A stretch of 46,433 bases of DNA. Source: Octopus bimaculoides (Eukaryota). Below the pieces are notes generated by a model, which was not told where the DNA came from, did no database searches, and saw only the letters and a list, made by a program, of their open reading frames with translations. Position 1 is the first letter of the stretch. Each line of letters starts with the position of its first letter. Made by a program: the position numbers and the translations under genes. Shown here piece after piece: positions 38,614 to 46,433 of the stretch. The stretch is taken from assembly GCF_001194135.2 (NCBI RefSeq), contig NC_068982.1, forward strand, positions 159,390,162 through 159,436,594, written 5' to 3'.

Positions 38614-38668
38614 AATTTGCCAAAATATTTTCGTTGTTTGAGACCGCGACTTGATCACTGACAAAATT
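38614..38668 (-). ncRNA. hammerhead-like fold with variant core GUGAUCA (G3-C8)
   Basis: Minus strand: AATTTTGTCA GTGATCA A GTCG cggtctcaaa CAAC GAAA ATAT TT TGGCAAATT. Stem I has 7+2 bp, stem II is 3/4 paired, and stem III AATATT is palindromic. Confidence 0.5.
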
Positions 38669-39506
38669 CTACGATGCAATATTATGATTTGATGTTCAAC
38701 TAATGAATAACCATTTGTGTTTTAGGGATGATTTCCAGTACTTATAATGCATAAAAGTACATATGATATATCAAAAGATTTTAGTTGAAATCCTTTCATA
38801 AATGATTTCAAATTGTGACAAAATTCATACGGGTGTCGTTATAACTCGTTTTCAAAATAAATAAATAAATAAAAACAATATTCGCATAACCATCAATTTT
38901 TGAATTGTTTTGGCATAAAAATAATTTGGATTATTTTGTAAGTTTCCGAGTATTCCACAGGCACCTATACCTTTAGATTAATTGCTAGATACACGTAACA
39001 TTATACAGTGTGACAGAGATAAACATTTAGATTAAATGTACAATCCGCCCGACATGTTCACACGCATTTTCAGTACTGCTATATTTTTCATTTTAAGACA
39101 TAGGTTGTCGTGAGACTACAGACAATGACACTTCTCCATAATTTCACGAAAGAAATATTGAACATGAGATATTATCATTGTGACGCAAACCGAGTACCCA
39201 TTCGACGAAACAGCGCCTACATTCACAGGTAATCATAGCAAATCCCCAAATGGGCAGCATTGATTAAATGTTAGAAATCAATTATCAGCATATGTATTTC
39301 ATTAGGTACATATACTGCCTGGGTAGACATTGCTGATGAAGCTTCGTGTAAGTAGCCACCCTGAAGTTGTTTCATTACATACAACAGACTCTCTTCAGGC
39401 ACTGCATTTTATTATGCAGAGTTATTTGTACTTTTAAATGTAATTGCGTGTGTGTGTGTGTGTGCGTGTGTGTGTGTGTGTGTGTGTGCGTGCGCGNNNN
39501 NNNNNN

Positions 39507-39540
<34 letters not shown>

Positions 39541-40222
39541 CGCGCGTATGTGTGTGTGTGTTTGTGTATGTGTGCGTGTGTGTGAACACCTACATTTATT
39601 CGAATATTTTAAATGAAGACGAGGCAGTAATGCTAACAATTAAAATGAAAAGCGTTTAAGAAAAAAAGACCTAGTGTGTCAACATCCTATCGTGTTCATA
39701 ATATTTTATGCAATGAATGTTAATGAGTCTGTCGTTTGAAACATAGTTTGAAAATACATCTGTATGTTTCCATCTATGAATATCGTATCCTCCCATCGTC
39801 ATTATATTATAGAAAGTTATAAATGCAATATATACCGATCATGAAATGTTTAGGGTGCTTTCTTTAATAATCACAATTCTCTAAATTTCCGCTTTATTGT
39901 AATGAAAAATGCATGAAGCAGTAGGTAATTCGATTTCGCTTATTATGGTATATATCCCATTCCATGTTTCATAATGTATTATATATCACATGCAATGCTT
40001 TCTGCCATGACCTCTTCAGTATATCACTTTATATACGCTTAACTAGTATTATAAGCATGTTTATTAGTCAAAAGTGTGCATATAACAGAGACTTCTTGGC
40101 CACTAACATAAAATTTAAGGCCTCGCTGTTATCAAATCATATTTTTAATAAGGAAAATGTGTATATAAAATGACATCATAATCATTCTCACAATCTGTAA
40201 TGATTCTCATATATATCTCTTA

Positions 40223-40400
40223 GACGGTGAGCTGGCAGAATTTTCAGCAGGACTGAAAAAGCCTTGGAGGCAAATGCCGTCGGTACATTCAGAGTTTAAA
40301 TTCTGACAAGGAGAATTTTGCCATTCATTCTTTCACGATGGGTTAAATAAGTAACAGTCTAGCGCCAGGCTCGATGAAATTAACTACCCACTTCCTCCAA
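40223..40400 (+). mobile_element. tRNA-derived SINE family 1 copy (old)
   Basis: GACGGTGAGCTGGCAGAAT head, GAGTTTAAATTC B-box-like motif, TAAATAAGTAACAGT body. Confidence 0.7.
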
Positions 40401-41014
40401 ACAAGTAGAAAGGATTATTAGATATACCTTTCTCAAAACCTCGTCGAGTAAAAGAAATAATGGACTAAATAATAAACTAATATAGTTATTGATGAATTTC
40501 GGTGTAAGCCGTACTTATACATATTCATAGCTATTGTGGCGAATAGCAATAAAAACCAAAATAAATCTAACAAGTTCAGGATTATATAATTCAATTTCAG
40601 GTGGGAAGAAAATGACAATGTTTAAAGTTCATTAGCATTTATGGAGACTTGTGGCGTTTAGAAAATAGATTAAAAGCAGCTGTGAATTGGAGCTACACTT
40701 TATTATATTACACTTTTCTACGAAGAAATGTATATATAAATAATTCGCTACAGTTCAACAACAACATACTATGATGTCAGGGAATAAGTTCATTTCATAA
40801 GTATAGATTTTCTGAGATTTTGGTATTGTGAATTTAATGCCTTTATGAGCTAACACTTAAAAAGGCATTTTCAATTTCACTTGCATTTATACACAAGCAT
40901 AAAATAGCATTTTATGTCGGTATCATATATAACCGGAAGGTAGTCGTGAATAAAATAGAAGTGCATGACAAATCTCTTAGGTTACATACAATGATACACT
41001 TACAAGTATATGTG

Positions 41015-41078
<64 letters not shown>

Positions 41079-41115
41079 ATCCAGGTGTAGGCGTGGTTGT
41101 GTGTGGCTGCGTTGA

Positions 41116-41495
41116 GGCGCAGCCGTAGCTGTGTGGTAAGAAACTTCCTTCTCAACCGCATGCTTCCGTGTTCAGTCCCACTGCGGTAATCTTGGCCAAA
41201 TATCTTCTTTTATAGCCTCGAGTCGACCAAAGCCTTATGAGTGGTTTAGTAGACAGAAACTGGAAGAAACCGGTCGTATGTGTGTGTGTNNNNNNNNNNN
41301 NNNNNNNNNNNNNNNNNGGGGGGGGGGGGTATTTGTGTGTGTCTAGCTGTCTGTGTTTGTCTCCCGACCATCGCTTGATAGCCGATGCTGGTATATATGT
41401 CCCCGCAACATAGCCGACTGGCAAATGAACCCTTAGAATAAATTCTGGGCTTTCAAAGACTAAGTCCTGGGATCGATTTATTTTACAAAAGACCC
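41116..41495 (+). mobile_element. SINE family 2 with tRNA-like head and internal (TG)n
   Basis: GGCGCAGCCGTAGCTGTGTGGTAAG (A-box-like) and GTGTTCAGTCCC (B-box-like), an internal TG repeat and gap, and a 3' half homologous to 25505-25740. Confidence 0.75.
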
Positions 41496-41499
41496 TAAC

Positions 41500-41790
41500 C
41501 CTAGACCTTCGAGCAGACAGTCAACAGCGATACCTGCTGGGTTCGGCTGCTCCACATTGATAGGGGACAAATACCCACGAAATAGTCCGTGGATGTTGAA
41601 CCAGCAACGGGAAGCTGATGACGTCCTCTGTTCGAAGATTGTAATGGATACAGGTTTGTGTGTCACATAGGTAGCTAGAAGCGATGACCTCTTGGAGATA
41701 ATCAATGGCAGTATTCATCCCATTTTTCTGGAATGCCATGTTACCTGGGTGTTAACTATTAATACCTAGTACTACTGCCGTAGTCTCCTT
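41500..41790 (-). mobile_element. decayed non-LTR retrotransposon RT-upstream fragment
   Basis: With one frameshift it reads PGN(D)GIPEKW, and later ...WVFVPYQCGAAEPSRYRC, resembling the PGxDG...W...LIPK...PxNYRPI block of LINE pol proteins. Confidence 0.45.
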
Positions 41791-41804
41791 TAGAGAAATT
41801 TATA

Positions 41805-41951
<147 letters not shown>

Positions 41952-41961
41952 NNNNNNNNNN

Positions 41962-42005
<44 letters not shown>

Positions 42006-42699
42006 GTGTGTGTTTGTGTGTGCGCGTGTGTTTGCGGTGTGCGCTTGTGCCTGAGTGTATTTCGCATTCAGAATTCCATGTATGTATTCTCGCTACCTAT
42101 CCTGTCATTGTCCTAAAACGCGATTCGTATAAAAGCACAGATATCAAGTTTCATTAATAGCCAAAATATCTGTAACGTATATTTTACCTATAATGGGATA
42201 ATATTTTTTCCGTACAATTCACCGAATTGTACATATTCTAATGTAATTCATCCCATATATAAACACGCTGCTGAATGTAAGATCTGAAATCAACGTCTCA
42301 AAGTAACAAAATTACCAGCTTTTAGAGAATACTAACAACCATTTGCAGTACAATATATGTATGTGTACATGTACCCATCTATTTATCTATCTACCTATAT
42401 ATGTATCTGTTTGTCTCGCTGTCTTTTTGTTTATTTAACTATCTATACAAATAGGTATGTATATGCGATTGTGAATGGGAACGATAACTAGTGGAGCATT
42501 CGAATTGTAAGCAAGTGAAATTATTTAGCAGCCCCGAATGTAGATGCTCAGGCAGGGTGATGAAACTAAATTAACTAACCGTATATAATCTAACAATAGG
42601 GGTAATCATCTGTATCCAACTCTCATCTACTCTTGTGCAGTAAGGAAGAGGAATTTGGAACTAAAACTATTGCAGTTCTGAGCATTAAACAGCCTCACA

Positions 42700-43240
42700 T
42701 TAACAAGTACACAATTTCAAGAAATAATGAATAGACGGGAAGCATGGTTAAATCATTATATAAGAACAGTGGAAGTTAAAGTTAGGAAGGGAAAAAAACA
42801 CAACATAGTCTTCGGAAACCAAGATACGCTGTGGCAAAAAACGAAGTACTAGGACAAAAACATTGAAGTAATTTAAGAAACCATACCAAACATTAGAAAA
42901 AGTAATTCTAAACTATTCAAATTAGTGGGGAAAGTAGTGGGAAAAAGCAGAAAACTCTAAAACGTATAGTGCAATAAAAAATACAAGACTGTTGTGGTAC
43001 TTCGTTGATGGGAAGAACATTTTGAAAATGTTCGCACAACGTTACCACAGGAATAGGAATTAGTACCAGAAGATTTGGATAATCTGTCAGATGTGGATAA
43101 TCCAACAGAAACGTCAAAATTAAACAGCAATATACAACAAAATGAAAAGCTCTACAATGCCCTGATGTAGAAGTTACCAAAAGCAGGAATGGATCACATA
43201 CTTACTATGTTAAACGTAACATTCTCTATACCATGGGAAG
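42700..43240 (+). mobile_element. highly decayed LINE (APE-type, RTE/CR1-like) linker fragment
   Basis: R*WEEHFEN and ...KAGMDHILTMLN...PW resemble the RWxEHF and post-PGPDG helices. Many stops. Confidence 0.4.
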
Positions 43241-45283
43241 GAGAGTCATAGAAAAGTCTGGATCCGTGTATTGATAAATTTAATGTTTAAAACAAATAAC
43301 GAAGAACCATCACAAAAGTACAGGGAAAATTCTTTTACCGCAACAGTATGTAAATTAGAAGTGGCAAGGCGTCAATTTTAGTTTTAAGCATAGTATAGTC
43401 ACAATTCATGACAATTTTGTAATCTGAGATAATTTAATTGCTAAAGTTTGTCACTTGTCTTTACCCTTGAGCTTAAGCGAATTTTAAATTACTGCTTCAT
43501 GATCTACTGGAAGCTTCATGGAATCCTATGCGAACAATATGTGTATACTCAAACATGATACAAATTATAGGGTTGCTATGCAGCAATATAGAGTATGGCG
43601 TGATGATTAAAGAAAGAGTATGGTGTAAAATGTATAAGGGCTTCCTTCAATTAGTAAATCTTTTCAGTGTTGATGGAATCATCAGCATTAATGTCAAACT
43701 CTGACTTATACCCTTACTACTCATATTAGATAGGCTGACGACACAACCTTTTCATCCACATTCTTTTAGGAAGTGAACATTTCCTATAAGCATTTACCTA
43801 TGCATGACTAAATGGCACTAGAAAATAAATTATGTGGTTTGAAAGATTCGGTCGCTGAGTAAGGGGATGGTTACAATCAAAGATTATCAAGTCAAAGGAG
43901 TTACATTGTATGAATTAGAAGACACATGAAACACAGTTCTCATGAAATTTCCATTTTTTTAATAACTAAGAAACCAATCGAGTTCGATCATATTTTATGA
44001 TCGATCTAATGACACTCTTAATGATTACAAAATAAATTACTTTTCATTAGTTCAACGATTCTCAATGTAATTTACTATGATATCAACACTTTTAATATTC
44101 ACAAATTGAATCGGACGATTTATGTTATGAATCGTGAGTAAAGGAAACAACATTCTGCATCTTGTTGTTTAATGAGAAGGCGTTACACTGAAATACACTT
44201 CCCAAGAATAAGTATACGTGGAAACAGTAATCTTGTTGAATTTGAAACGGGTTTTTATATTATACTTTTGCTAAAATCATATCACTAAACTGTCATTTCG
44301 AACGTGTTCCCAAACGCATTCGGTGAAAATTTAAGAGAAACCAAATTTACGAAATGGATACCTTCCACTGTCGCTGATATAGATATTTGTATGACCATGT
44401 TTATTTCTATGTACATTTAATAATGTCTTCCTTACAACTTTTATTTAAAGTTTCTTCTTTTACTTTCATATAAGTCTTTATACATAGTCCCTTAAAGTGT
44501 GTGTATCTTGTATCAATTAATTGCTCCCGTATCAATTATTTAGTTTTTATCATTTAACAGAAACATATCTATTTCCTTCTATAATATTTAGACATTCTAA
44601 AGAGTTAAATAAAATTTACGACCATACTGGGAATGCCAACTTTATCCTATTGCAAATAGATATGTGTGAATATGTGTATGCATGCGTGCTTGTGTGTATT
44701 TGTGTGTGCGTACACGTGGTGACTCATGAGCTGCCATGTTAAAACTTGCTCTACGAAATTTCGTTATACAATACGTTTTGCTCTTTACATTGCAAGACAC
44801 AGGTGGAAATATCAATTACTTAAGAATATAACATATTTTCTACGAATGCAATCTTTCCCGTGAGAAGCTGAAAATCTTCACATGTACACTGAGCATATCT
44901 TACAAAACATAATGTCTCAAAGGTAAATTAAGTATAAGGTTTGTTTGAAACAATAGCGACAAGCTTATTACTTCTAAGTATTGAAACATCGATTCAAGAA
45001 GATTATGCTAATCTCTAGGATTAACTACCCAATAATACAATATATAAATATACATACGCACAAATATATATGCATACATACACCCACACATATGTGTATA
45101 TATACTTATACATACATACACACATACATAAATACATACATATACATGTATGGAGGTGTGGGTGTATTTTAGTACAGTAGAAAAAATGCTACTGCTAAGA
45201 TGAGATAGAATGTTGGCTACAAATGTATACTGGAGAGATTCTTGCGTTAATCTAGGATTGTTGTCTGTATTAATATCTATGTC

Positions 45284-45763
45284 TCCCAGAGAACTACAGG
45301 GTAATGGAATTGCATTTTTCATGGATAAGATAGATAGTAACCAATTTGTCAAACACAGCAGATAATTTTCTAATTAATGGCTAGATGANNNNNNNNNNNN
45401 NNNNNNNNNNNNNNNNNNNNNNNNNNNNNNNNNNNNNNNNNNNNNNNNNNNNNNNNNNNNNNNNNNNNNNNNNNNNNNNNNNNNNNNNNNNNNNNNNNNN
45501 NNNNNNNNNNNNNNNNNNNNNNNNNNNNNNNNNNNNNNNNNNNNNNNNNNNNNNNNNNNNNNNNNNNNNNNNNNNNNNNNNNNNNNNNNNNNNNNNNNNN
45601 NNNNNNNNNNNNNNNNNNNNNNNNNNNNNNNNNNNNNNNNNNNNNNNNNNNNNNNNNNTCCCAGAGAACTACAGGGTAATGGAATTGCATTTTTCATGGA
45701 TAAGATAGATAGTAACCAATTTGTCAAACACAGCAGATAATTTTCTAATTAATGGCTAGATGA
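45284..45763. repeat. identical 105-bp direct duplication flanking an N-gap
   Basis: 45284-45388 is identical to 45659-45763; probably an unmerged contig overlap. Confidence 0.85.
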
Positions 45764-46433
45764 TAATACCTAAAACAGTTTACGCCAATTTATTTCACTT
45801 TGACTTCAAAGAGATACTTAATTTTCTTCCAATTGCAGTGTGATGATGACATCACTTTGAAAATCAGTGTAATAACTAAACAAGGCTCCGAAAGAGAGAG
45901 CATTCCACTGAAGTGTGAGATCAAATAGATTTCAATTAATACAGTTTAATATAGGTGACAGCACTACACGTGAGACGTACAGAAGTAGGATGAACGTATA
46001 CATTTTTTATTTATTGTGTTTTAGTAGTTACTTAATTATGAGTATTACTTATTTAACCTTGTATTTCATCTAATAAGTATTTCTAAATAGAACTCTGTGA
46101 CACAGAAGCCCTTGTTGGTGCAAAAAAAAAAAAGAAGACAAATATATATTTAGAGTAGTTAATTGTATTGAAGTTACGGCTTAAATAAAAGCTGAAATAT
46201 ACATATTCATGTATTTCTGTGTATATATTGGGTTGTTGTATAATGATTGCGGGTTGTTTCCAACAAATTTTTAAACGACGGTCTGACACCTTCTGCCAAG
46301 CAAATGGGAAGCAGTAATTGAAGTAGATGGTGAATATGCCCCGGAATAATCATGCAAATATTTTTTTGTTAGATGTTATAACCATATAACACAAGTCTTC
46401 TGTAGTTTTTTTCACTATTTTGTCGTTTATATA

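Noticed and set aside
41551-41593. Hammerhead-like TCCAC..TTGATAG GGG/CCC..GAAATAGTC..GTGGA
   Set aside because: A9 is missing, there are extra bases before GAAA, and it lies antisense within a LINE fragment; too many changes are needed.
43811-43831. AATGGCACTAGAA resembling the miR-183/263 seed
   Set aside because: There is no complementary arm on either side, so no precursor hairpin.
45284-45763. Exact 105-bp duplication as a biological tandem repeat or TSD
   Set aside because: It is 100% identical and both copies end or start exactly at the gap edges, which is typical of an unmerged contig overlap.

Overview
AT-rich, microsatellite-dense eukaryotic (animal) genomic DNA with 14 N-gaps, almost all bordered by simple repeats. 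The repeat families resemble those of octopus/coleoid cephalopod assemblies; this is an inference and was not checked against a database. I see no intact protein-coding gene: most listed ORFs are microsatellite or N-gap artefacts, and the rest are transposon relics. Recognisable elements are three 5'-truncated R4/Dong-type RLE LINE copies packed into TAT repeats (0.9-5 kb), a full-length decayed DD34D mariner with TIRs and TA TSD (36570-37828), a mariner derivative made of two inverted 5' ends, a maT/DD37D-like transposase relic, a Penelope GIY-YIG remnant, two Helitron pieces in permuted order, two tRNA-headed SINE families, a pogo/Tigger-like MITE and a foldback element. The most notable signal is four minimal type I hammerhead-ribozyme folds, unrelated in sequence, each with a palindromic stem III. 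One has an intact canonical core (29716-29780, minus). One has a compensatory G3-C8 core variant (38614-38668, minus). Two are decayed (2946-2991 and 6024-6079).
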